23,279 bases of DNA, from assembly GCA_043822305.1 (NCBI GenBank), contig JBDRBU010000098.1, forward strand, positions 1 to 23,279, given 5' to 3'. Source of the stretch: Candidatus Firestoneibacteriota bacterium. Lineage in GTDB: Bacteria; Oederibacteriota; D2-FULL-39-29; JBDRBU01. This document shows, in pieces, positions 1 to 7,557 of this stretch. The notes beneath the pieces were generated by a model, which searched no databases, was not told the origin of the DNA, and saw only the letters and a list, made by a program, of their open reading frames with translations. Every line of letters begins with the position of its first letter. The stretch's first letter is position 1. A program made the translations under genes and the position numbers.

Positions 1-32
1 ACTTTAATTTTACTTTTATCAAAATTAACCAT
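1..32 (-). CDS. 5' end of a gene running off the left edge (MVNFDKSKIK...), product unknown
   Basis: Minus-strand ATG at 32-30 preceded by SD AGGAGGT (complement of acctcct 39-45); open to the window edge. Confidence 0.65.
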   Translation of the reverse strand, partial: MVNFDKSKIK

Positions 33-67
33 TTGGTAACCTCCTTTAAAAGGTATAAACTTTTTCC

Positions 68-96
68 TTTACATATAGGTTACCATATTATATACT
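68..96 (+). promoter_or_regulatory. Putative sigma70 promoter for the 144-3375 genes
   Basis: TTTACA(68-73)-17 nt-TATACT(91-96); region is AT-rich so a chance match is possible. Confidence 0.45.
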
Positions 97-143
97 ATAG
101 ATAATAAAAAATATTACATTAAACTTGAGGAAGTCTCTAAAAT

Positions 144-1208
144 ATGAAAGCGTTTATATACATTAAAATCTTTTTAAGTCTTTCATTCCTTTTATTCAAT
201 TCCTTCGCAGAAGAATCTTCAAAAATTCCTATTGCTATAATGGAGTTTAATATTATAAGCGGAGATGCTACTGTTTCTGATTTAATATATAAAACTTTTT
301 ATAATGAAATGAAAAAATCTTCTCAATTTGAAATAATCGGAAAAGAAGAGATAGGATTTTTACTTAAACTTAAAAATTTTGAAAATCCAAAATGTAAAAC
401 AGATGAATGTTTGACTAAAATATGTGAATATTCAAAAGTGGATAAGATTATTATAGGTAATGTTACAAAAGTTTTAAATAAATTCGTTATTGAAATAAGA
501 GTTTTTGATGCTTTGGCAAAGAAAATGGTTAGCACTGATTTTATCAGGGTTGGATCCGAAAAAGAATTAAATGATGCGATATCTACAAGTGCCTTAACTT
601 TAAGTTCTAAACTAACTCAGTCTAAAAAAGGAGAGGTGTTAGAACAAAGTACATTAAAAAAGTATTATGAAAAGGTTGGAGAAAAGAAAGAAGATAAAGA
701 ATATAAACTTATGTTTGGTATTGGAGGTTCTGGTGGGTATAATTTATTATTAAATGGATATAGTAGTTATGGAAATAATAATATTACAGGAGCGGGTAAT
801 ATAAAAATAAGATTATTGGATGATAAGGGAATTACGAATCTTATGTTTGGAGGAGCAGTTGAATTCTTTCCATTGGTAACGCCAGAGGGAACTTATGGAA
901 CTTCTGAAGATGTTTTTACTGTTAATTTGTTTTTTGATTATGGGTTTTTGCCAGGGGAGTTTATTAATCCATATTTAGGTGGTGGTATTGGTGGTTATTT
1001 TGATACTGTAAAGTTTGAGACACCCATGTCTGGAACGCTTTCTAATACATATTTTTCTTTTGGTTTAAATGCAAGAGCCGGTGCTGAAATTTCTATAATC
1101 AGCAACTTGTGTTTAGTGCCAGAAGTTAAAGCACATTTTATAATGGGTCCAAAATTTTTCTTTGCTATTAATGTAAGTTTTGGAGGAGGTGCAGTATTTT
1201 ACTTTTAA
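144..1208 (+). CDS. Outer-membrane protein: signal peptide, CsgG/DUF2380-like N-terminal alpha/beta domain, C-terminal small beta-barrel (OmpW/OMP_b-brl-like)
   Basis: Signal peptide ending SFA; IAIMEF...CxxxxC...VDKIIIGNV..FVIEIRVFD pattern; C-terminal strands INPYLGGGIGG, FGLNARAGAEI and terminal VFYF (BAM-type signal). Confidence 0.7.
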   Translation: MKAFIYIKIFLSLSFLLFNSFAEESSKIPIAIMEFNIISGDATVSDLIYKTFYNEMKKSSQFEIIGKEEIGFLLKLKNFENPKCKTDECLTKICEYSKVDKIIIGNVTKVLNKFVIEIRVFDALAKKMVSTDFIRVGSEKELNDAISTSALTLSSKLTQSKKGEVLEQSTLKKYYEKVGEKKEDKEYKLMFGIGGSGGYNLLLNGYSSYGNNNITGAGNIKIRLLDDKGITNLMFGGAVEFFPLVTPEGTYGTSEDVFTVNLFFDYGFLPGEFINPYLGGGIGGYFDTVKFETPMSGTLSNTYFSFGLNARAGAEISIISNLCLVPEVKAHFIMGPKFFFAINVSFGGGAVFYF

Positions 1209-2119
1209 AAGTTAATTTAAAATATGTATGTGTATTAGGTGTACTGTTGTTATTTTCCTGTACTTCAAAAAAAAGCGAACCAGTATTATTAGGACCTGGT
1301 GGTTCTGCTTCTTCTATTTCTACTGTTTGCACACAAGTTGAAAATTATTATTTTCCCGAGAGTAAAGCCTTTGTTTCTATATTAGACCAGGGTAGTGTAG
1401 CCGTAACTGATTTTGCTCTAGGAAATTTTAGTGTTGCTGAAAATGGAAAGCCAACTATTGTCACAGGTGTTAAAAGGGTTAATAATTTAGAAGAACCTTT
1501 ATCAACTGCACTTGTTATAGATAGAAGTGGTAGTATGGGCACTACTGTAATGGAGGCCGCAAAAGATGCAGCAAAGACATATGTAAGTGCAATGGCATCT
1601 ACTGATAGTGCAGCAGTTATTCTTTATGATGACCAGATAGAAGTAACACAATCTTGGACAAGCGATAAAAATGTTCTGATCTCTGCTATAGATACTGCTG
1701 TAGCAAGAGGAGGAACAGCAACTTATGATGCAATTTTAAGGGGTGTAGATGAATTAAAAAAACAAAGAGGCAGGAAAGTTGTGTTAGTACTTACTGATGG
1801 AGATGATAATGCAAGTTCAAATTCCAATGCAGATACTATAGTAAAAGTAAATAAAGGCGGAGTTTGTGCTTTCTGTATTGGTGTAGGAGGAGGGGTTGAT
1901 ATGACAAATTTAACTGCTATTGCTAATGGCACTGGTGGCCGTTCATACGAAGCACAAACTTCTGATTTAGCAGCACTATTTCAACAAGTTCTTTATCAAT
2001 TAAATAATCAGGTTCAGATTAATTTTAGAAGTAGATTAGGTGATAATCCAAGAGAGTTAACAATTTATTTAAATTATGGAACTTTGTCAACAACTTTTAA
2101 GAAGACCTACGGTTTTTAA
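1196..2119 (+). CDS. VWA (von Willebrand factor A) domain lipoprotein; start uncertain (track gives TTG 1247)
   Basis: Intact MIDAS motif DRSGS...T...LTDG; lipobox LFSC; in-frame upstream extension ILLLKVNLKYVCVLGVLLLFSC forms a complete signal peptide. Confidence 0.8.
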   Translation: MLLLKVNLKYVCVLGVLLLFSCTSKKSEPVLLGPGGSASSISTVCTQVENYYFPESKAFVSILDQGSVAVTDFALGNFSVAENGKPTIVTGVKRVNNLEEPLSTALVIDRSGSMGTTVMEAAKDAAKTYVSAMASTDSAAVILYDDQIEVTQSWTSDKNVLISAIDTAVARGGTATYDAILRGVDELKKQRGRKVVLVLTDGDDNASSNSNADTIVKVNKGGVCAFCIGVGGGVDMTNLTAIANGTGGRSYEAQTSDLAALFQQVLYQLNNQVQINFRSRLGDNPRELTIYLNYGTLSTTFKKTYGF

Positions 2120-2121
2120 TA

Positions 2122-3375
2122 ATGAAAACTGAAGATAAAAATTTTTATCTGGGTATAATAAATGGTGCTCTTTATATTTTTGCCTGTGTATTTATAAGCG
2201 GTAATATTGTCATGCCAATCTTCCTCTTCAATTTCACCTCGTCAAAAGCATTGATTGGTCTTGCTTCTGCTATTCTTTCTATTGGATGGTATTTGCCGCA
2301 ATTCTTTCAGGGTTATTATGCAGAGAAAAAGCCAACTAAAATGCCAATATATAAATTTACGGCCTGGATTAGAACAATTTCATTTGTATTGATAATATTT
2401 GCCATACTAATTTTTGCAAATATGGGAACTAATCTGGCGATAACTGTAATTTTAATTTTAATATTCATTTATTCATTTAGTGGTGGAATGGCTGGGATAG
2501 TATTTATGGATATAGCAGCCAAAACTGTTCCACCTCAAAGAAGAGGATATTATTTTGGTGGAAGATCGTTTTTTGGAGGATTACTCGCACTTGGCGGAAG
2601 TTTGATAGTGAGTTTCATACTTGGCCATAAAGAAAATTATCCGTTTCCATTTAATTTTGTAATATTATTTTCAATAGCATTCGTTTTATTATCATTATCG
2701 CTTTTCTCGTTTATGATGGTTAAAGAACCACCAAGTGAAGTTGTAAAAATAAGAAGTTTTAAAGAATACTATAAAGAAGCCATAGAAAGTTTAAAATCTA
2801 ATTTTAATTACAGACGGCTAATAGTAACCAGGTATCTTTGTGGCGCAACTTCAATAGCCTTTCCCTTTTATGTGATTTATGGTTTAGAGGTTTTAAAATT
2901 TCCAGGTAGTATTATCGGAGCGTTTTTGCTATCTCAGGTTTTAGGAGGAATTATTTCTAATCTGTTCTGGGGCTATCTGGGCGAGAAGAAAGGCAATAAG
3001 TTAATACTACAGGTTTTTGCAATTTTAAGTCTGTCATCGCCAATAATTGCAATATTATCTTCATATTTTGAAGTTTGGAGAGGACTTTATATATTTGTAT
3101 TTTTGTTTCTGGGATTTGCAGAAAGTGGTAGCTATGTAGGGTTTTATAATTTCTTGCTTGAAATATCTCCAGCCGAGAAACGACCTTCACAAGTAGGATT
3201 TATGCATACATTTATTTCTCCTGTTTTTCTTATTCCTGCTTTAGGTGGATTTTTATTAGATAAAATTCCAGGAAATTCCTATAATATTGTGTTTGTCTTA
3301 GCCTTCTTGTTTGGTCTTTTTGGATTACTTACCACTTTTAGATTAGTAGAACCCCGCACTCAAAAAGTGTCTTAA
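2122..3375 (+). CDS. MFS transporter
   Basis: 417 aa, about 12 hydrophobic segments, MFS loop motifs (KTVPPQRRGYYFG, WGYLGEKKGNK, ISPAEKRP). Confidence 0.85.
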   Translation: MKTEDKNFYLGIINGALYIFACVFISGNIVMPIFLFNFTSSKALIGLASAILSIGWYLPQFFQGYYAEKKPTKMPIYKFTAWIRTISFVLIIFAILIFANMGTNLAITVILILIFIYSFSGGMAGIVFMDIAAKTVPPQRRGYYFGGRSFFGGLLALGGSLIVSFILGHKENYPFPFNFVILFSIAFVLLSLSLFSFMMVKEPPSEVVKIRSFKEYYKEAIESLKSNFNYRRLIVTRYLCGATSIAFPFYVIYGLEVLKFPGSIIGAFLLSQVLGGIISNLFWGYLGEKKGNKLILQVFAILSLSSPIIAILSSYFEVWRGLYIFVFLFLGFAESGSYVGFYNFLLEISPAEKRPSQVGFMHTFISPVFLIPALGGFLLDKIPGNSYNIVFVLAFLFGLFGLLTTFRLVEPRTQKVS

Positions 3376-3408
3376 TATTTTTTAATTCGCAATCAGCAAT
3401 CCGTAATA

Positions 3409-3960
3409 TTATTGCTGTACTTTTGAATGTGTTATTTCTTTTTGTGCTTGATATTTACCTTTTTTATCAGCGTAAGAAGTTTCGCAAATTTCGTCACTTT
3501 CCAAAAATATTATCTGACCAATTCCTTCATTTGCATATATTTTTACAGGTGAGTTAGAAGTATTTATTATTGATAATGTGGCCAACCCTTCCCATTCTGG
3601 TTCAAATGGAGTAACATTTACTATTATTCCACTTCTGGCATATGTAGATTTACCAGTACATATGGTTAAAATATTTCTTGGTATTTTAAAATATTCTACT
3701 GAACGACCTAAGATAAAAGAATTTTGTGGAATGATACAGTAATTTGATTTTTTTATTTTAAACATTTCTTTATTAAAATTCTTTGGGTCAATTAATTTAA
3801 CTTTTTTGGGAACTCTAAACTCATCTGCAATTCTAAAATCATATCCATATGATGAAACACCAAAAGAGACAATACCTTTTCTGTCCTTCCTTTCCGCAAA
3901 AGGATTTATCATATCAAATTCTTTGGCCATCTTTTTTATCCACTTATCTGATTTAATCAT
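3409..3960 (-). CDS. dcd: dCTP deaminase
   Basis: [44 protein letters not shown] motifs. Confidence 0.95.
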   Translation of the reverse strand: MIKSDKWIKKMAKEFDMINPFAERKDRKGIVSFGVSSYGYDFRIADEFRVPKKVKLIDPKNFNKEMFKIKKSNYCIIPQNSFILGRSVEYFKIPRNILTICTGKSTYARSGIIVNVTPFEPEWEGLATLSIINTSNSPVKIYANEGIGQIIFLESDEICETSYADKKGKYQAQKEITHSKVQQ

Positions 3961-3966
3961 ATATTC

Positions 3967-4012
3967 ATTATAATAAAATAATGTTTACTTGTAAACAATA
4001 ATTTGATATGAT
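3967..4012. promoter_or_regulatory. Back-to-back divergent sigma70 promoters for dcd and the DA1-like gene
   Basis: Minus: TTTACA(3995-3990)-17-TATAAT(3972-3967). Plus: TTTACT(3984-3989)-17-TATGAT(4007-4012) with an extended TG. The two -35 boxes lie in the palindrome TGTTTAC-TT-GTAAACA. Confidence 0.6.
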
Positions 4013-4019
4013 TTAAGCA

Positions 4020-4865
4020 ATGAAAAAAATAATAGCCATAACATGCATTTTGATTCTCCCGAGTTTACTTTTTGCATTAAACTGTGATATTTGCAAAAGA
4101 CCCTCTTTTAATTTAATTCAAGCAGGAGATAAAAGATTATGTCCAACCTGTTATGGAAATATTCCAAGATGTGCTGGTTGTGGAGAACTTGTAATAAAAC
4201 AAGGATGGAAATCAAAATCAGATGACAGGATATACTGTAATAAATGTTATAATTCTAAAGATGTTTGTGATGTATGTGGAGTTCCATTACCATCCGGTCA
4301 AGGAGTTGTTTTTGAAAAAAACCGCAAGATATGTGAAAAATGCAAGGTCACATCAATAATAGATTCAAAAGAAGCAGAGGAAATTTATAAATCAATAATT
4401 GAATTTGCTTCTAAAACATATAACATGAGATTAAAACATAACACACCTATAAAGATGATAAGTAGAGATGAGATGAAAAAATTAGCAGAAGGCAAGATAA
4501 AGAATGCTGATAGACTATTTGGTTTATTTAAAAAAGATAAAAAAGGTAATTTTGCTATCTATTTTTTGTTTGGAACACCAAGATATATTACAAGAGCTAC
4601 AATAGCCCATGAGTTCGCACATGCCTGGCAGGAAGAAAATTGCGTAAAAGGTCAGTCGGAAATTGTTTCCGAAGGTTTTGCTGAATGGTTTGCTGCGAAA
4701 ATTTTATATAATTTCAATGAAAGAGAAGGAGCAAAAATTGTTGAAACAAGACAAGATGTTTATGGTGATGGTTTTAGATATTTTGCGAATCTTGAAGAAA
4801 AATCAAACGCAGATTCCGTTATAAATCATGCAAAGTATATAAAAGATATTTGTAAAAAGAAATAA
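4020..4865 (+). CDS. Secreted Cys-rich zinc metallopeptidase, DA1-like (LIM-like Zn fingers + HExxH domain)
   Basis: Signal peptide ending LFA; six CxxC motifs; TIAHEFAHAW and SEGFAEW. Confidence 0.75.
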   Translation: MKKIIAITCILILPSLLFALNCDICKRPSFNLIQAGDKRLCPTCYGNIPRCAGCGELVIKQGWKSKSDDRIYCNKCYNSKDVCDVCGVPLPSGQGVVFEKNRKICEKCKVTSIIDSKEAEEIYKSIIEFASKTYNMRLKHNTPIKMISRDEMKKLAEGKIKNADRLFGLFKKDKKGNFAIYFLFGTPRYITRATIAHEFAHAWQEENCVKGQSEIVSEGFAEWFAAKILYNFNEREGAKIVETRQDVYGDGFRYFANLEEKSNADSVINHAKYIKDICKKK

Positions 4866-4868
4866 TTT

Positions 4869-5963
4869 TTAATCCCCAAAACAAATTCCTAGATTTCTGC
4901 CGGTGATAATTTCATCTGAGTCAAGTGGAACTGATTTCATCTTTCCAACGGCTTCTTCAAGCGGGACTGTTGTTACATTTGGTGGTCTTAAACAAACCAT
5001 AGTTCCGAATTTTTCTTCTTGAATGGCTCTAACTGCTGCTGCCCCAAATCTTGTGGCAAGAAGTCTGTCAAAAGTTGTTGGGTGACCACCTCTTTGAAGA
5101 TGTCCTAAAACCAGACTCCTTGTTTCTTTTCCTGTTCTTTTATTTATTTCAGATGCTACCCATTCTGCAATTCCACCAAGTAAGACTTCTTGTCTCCCTG
5201 TAGTTTTCGCATCTTTGGTAAAAAGAATTCCTCCTTTTGGTTTTGCTCCTTCAGCCGCAACGATTATACAGAAATTCTTTTTTATTTTATACCTATCCAT
5301 AACTTTTTTACATACTTTTTCTATATCAAAAGGTATCTCTGGAATAAGTATTACATCTGCTCCACCTGCAATTCCAGAATTAAGTGCAATCCAACCAGCA
5401 TATCTTCCCATTACTTCTACGACCATAACTCTTTGATGGCTTTCTGCTGTTGAATGAAGTTTATCCAAGGCGTCTGTGGCCGTGCTTACGGCTGTGTCAA
5501 AGCCGAATGTAATAACTGTTGCCGATAAATCATTGTCAATAGTTTTAGGAACTCCAACTAATGGAATTCCTTTTTTACTAAGTTCCCAAGCAATGCCCAA
5601 GGTCCCATCTCCACCAATGCAAACAAGTGCGTCTAAATTAAGTTTTTTAAATCCTTTTACTACTTCGTTAGATCTATCTTTAACTATCGTTTTCTTTCCC
5701 TTTTTAATATAATATTTAAAAGGATTGCCTCTGTTAGTTGTCCCTAAGATTGTTCCACCTACATTAAGTATACCGGCTATATCATGAGAACGTAATTCTT
5801 TAGCATCTTTAGGATTAAGCAACCCTTCAAAGCCATCTTTTATTCCGACCACGGTCCAATCTAAAATTAAGGCACTTTTTACAACGGCTCTAATGACTGC
5901 ATTTAATCCAGGACAATCTCCACCACCGGTTGAAACCCCAATTCTTTTAATTTTTTGTGACAT
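4869..5963 (-). CDS. pfkA: 6-phosphofructokinase, group III (mixed-substrate clade), likely ATP-dependent
   Basis: TGGGDCPGLN, GGTILGT, IGGDGT, PKTIDND, EVMGR, LGHLQRGG; SD GGAGGT (5973-5968) favours the ATG at 5963 over 5975. Confidence 0.92.
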   Translation of the reverse strand: MSQKIKRIGVSTGGGDCPGLNAVIRAVVKSALILDWTVVGIKDGFEGLLNPKDAKELRSHDIAGILNVGGTILGTTNRGNPFKYYIKKGKKTIVKDRSNEVVKGFKKLNLDALVCIGGDGTLGIAWELSKKGIPLVGVPKTIDNDLSATVITFGFDTAVSTATDALDKLHSTAESHQRVMVVEVMGRYAGWIALNSGIAGGADVILIPEIPFDIEKVCKKVMDRYKIKKNFCIIVAAEGAKPKGGILFTKDAKTTGRQEVLLGGIAEWVASEINKRTGKETRSLVLGHLQRGGHPTTFDRLLATRFGAAAVRAIQEEKFGTMVCLRPPNVTTVPLEEAVGKMKSVPLDSDEIITGRNLGICFGD

Positions 5964-6008
5964 AGCCACCTCCATTTACACTAAAATGTAAATAAATAAT
6001 GTTATGAC

Positions 6009-6304
6009 TTACTTTAATGTAAAATCAAATATATTAGGAATACTTGATTGCAAATTTAAGTATTTTTTCCATCCTTTCATTTTATGTATTTCGTCAAGTA
6101 TTACTAAATCCGTATTCAAAGGCCAAAAACGATTACGGATAATCCTTGCATTCGTGATGTCATCATTATTTAAATAGACAGGTTTTAAATACACTCTTTG
6201 GATACTTTTTGCAAGAAAGGTTTTACCTACCTGCCGAGGTCCGGTAATAAACACCATTTTTTCTTCAAATCTTTTATGACTGAGTCGTTAATATATCTCT
6301 TCAT
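6009..6304 (-). pseudogene. Frameshifted, truncated AAA+ ATPase (AAA_14/DUF4143-type ATP-binding protein)
   Basis: MKRYINDSVIKDLKKK (ATG 6304) is out of frame with MVFITGPRQVGKT (6257) at an A6 run; Walker B ILDEIHK; stops at about 100 aa, far short of the usual ~400 aa. Confidence 0.8.
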
Positions 6305-6311
6305 GCGGTAT

Positions 6312-6339
6312 ATTATACAACATTTTGCATATTAGTCAA
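6312..6339 (-). promoter_or_regulatory. Putative sigma70 promoter of the AAA pseudogene
   Basis: TTGACT(6339-6334)-16-TATAAT(6317-6312), 7 nt before ATG 6304. Confidence 0.5.
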
Positions 6340-6452
6340 GACTTTTATGCAATATCTTGCCGATAAGTCGTAACCTTAAATCCATTGTGTTTGTAATTTG
6401 AGGGGAAGGGAATTATTTGCACAAAATATGCACAAACGAGATTTGTGAATGT

Positions 6453-6500
6453 TGATCTTCTCCCAAAAAAGTGGACACAAAGAAGAGAAGGTGGTATAAT
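6453..6500 (+). mobile_element. IS3-family-like terminal inverted repeat remnant with embedded promoter
   Basis: TGATCTTCTCCCAAAAAAGTGGACAC resembles IS3-family ends (TGATCT...GTGGACAC, recalled pattern); TGGACA(6472-6477)-17-TATAAT(6495-6500) with extended TG; no transposase present. Confidence 0.5.
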
Positions 6501-6528
6501 ATAGGAAACCAGGCAAAGGGGGAGAGAG

Positions 6529-7146
6529 ATGAAAAAGTTTATGATATTATCTTTTATTCTGTTGTTTGCAATTACTTTTGCAGCAGAAAAAAACAATACT
6601 TATTTGGGTTTTGATAAAATAAAACTGGGAATGTCTTATGAGCAAGTAGATAATATTATTAATACCGGGGATATTAAATATAAGGCATTTAAAGATAGTA
6701 AATTATATTTAAATCCTGAATATAAAAGACAGATTGAAGGAATTATTAGTTTTGTTACAACTTTTAGTAAAGATAAATATATTGGTAAGGTAATCACTTT
6801 AAATAAAATAGATTTTAATATAACATTTTTCTTTTGTAATAAAGTGCTATTTTGTTTGGTAATAGTATCTATGCCACACAAAGCAAATTATAACCAGTTT
6901 AGCGATATTATCAACATAATGGAATCATTTAACGGTAAACCTTATGAAAGACCAATGAAACCTGCGATAGATAATCCAGGACTATGTAATTGTAAATGGA
7001 AAAAAGGAGAGCAACGCATATCAATGGAATATGTGCATTTTATTGGCAATAATGCAAATAATATAAAAGATATATTTAAGGAAGAATTAATTTATATAAA
7101 AATTAGTGATTATAATTTAAAACCAAAAGGAATGTATCCTTTTTAA
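6529..7146 (+). CDS. Hypothetical secreted protein
   Basis: Signal peptide ending TFA; purine-rich SD; GFDKIKLGMSYEQV N-terminal motif; no family recognised. Confidence 0.75.
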   Translation: MKKFMILSFILLFAITFAAEKNNTYLGFDKIKLGMSYEQVDNIINTGDIKYKAFKDSKLYLNPEYKRQIEGIISFVTTFSKDKYIGKVITLNKIDFNITFFFCNKVLFCLVIVSMPHKANYNQFSDIINIMESFNGKPYERPMKPAIDNPGLCNCKWKKGEQRISMEYVHFIGNNANNIKDIFKEELIYIKISDYNLKPKGMYPF

Positions 7147-7200
7147 AATAAAAAGATAATATATAATGGAATTAATTAATTATCCAACAGATCAATCTTC

Positions 7201-7252
7201 TGTAAAGGGCAAGTGAAAAGTCCCATTTTTGGTAATCAAAATGACCCACCCC
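7201..7252 (+). mobile_element. IS21-family-like terminal repeat remnant
   Basis: Begins TGT; internal direct repeats AAAAGTCCCA / AAAATGACCCA with GGCAA / GGTAA, the multiple-repeat layout typical of IS21 ends; no istA/istB. Confidence 0.55.
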
Positions 7253-7342
7253 TTTGTAAAGTTACACAACACTACCACCCCAACCCACTTTAACAGGGGG
7301 ATACCATCTACCTTCCCATTCCCAAATGTCAACTAATTTCTA

Positions 7343-7371
7343 TTTACAAAAATACTTATAAATGCTATAAT
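7343..7371 (+). promoter_or_regulatory. sigma70 promoter of tRNA-Ala
   Basis: TTTACA(7343-7348)-17-TATAAT(7366-7371) with extended TG, 10 nt before the tRNA. Confidence 0.7.
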
Positions 7372-7381
7372 GTTTTTAAGT

Positions 7382-7457
7382 GGGGCTGTAGTTCAGTTGG
7401 GAGAACGTCTCCTCGGCAGGGAGAAGGTCAGGGGTTCAACTCCCCTCAGCTCCACCA
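7382..7457 (+). tRNA. tRNA-Ala(GGC)
   Basis: 76-nt cloverleaf: acceptor GGGGCTG/CAGCTCC with G3:U70, D stem GTTC/GAAC, anticodon stem TCTCC/GGAGA, GGC at 7415-7417, T arm AGGGG-TTCAACT-CCCCT, A73 and encoded CCA. Confidence 0.95.
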
Positions 7458-7557
7458 TATACCATTCACTTTGTTCAGGTATATGGCACGCCATAAACCA
7501 TTCGTTTTGTGCCAAAAAATTAATTACGGATTACGAATTAAAAGGAGAAAAAGTAAA

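Noticed and set aside
3385..3407. Heptamer-like repeats (ATTCGCA ATCAGCA ATCCGTA; also ATTACGG ATTACGA near 7523-7540)
   Set aside because: Only 2-3 degenerate units; too short to support a feature
6345..6596. 83-aa minus-strand ORF
   Set aside because: Overlaps the promoter, IS-like end and start of the 6529 gene; no SD or recognisable motif
7484..7513. TGGCAC as a sigma54 -24 box
   Set aside because: No TTGC at -12; it is only a short TGGCAC/GTGCCA inverted repeat after the tRNA
7471..7557. N-terminal extension of the Gfo/Idh/MocA ORF
   Set aside because: The SD and the Rossmann motif position point to ATG 7558
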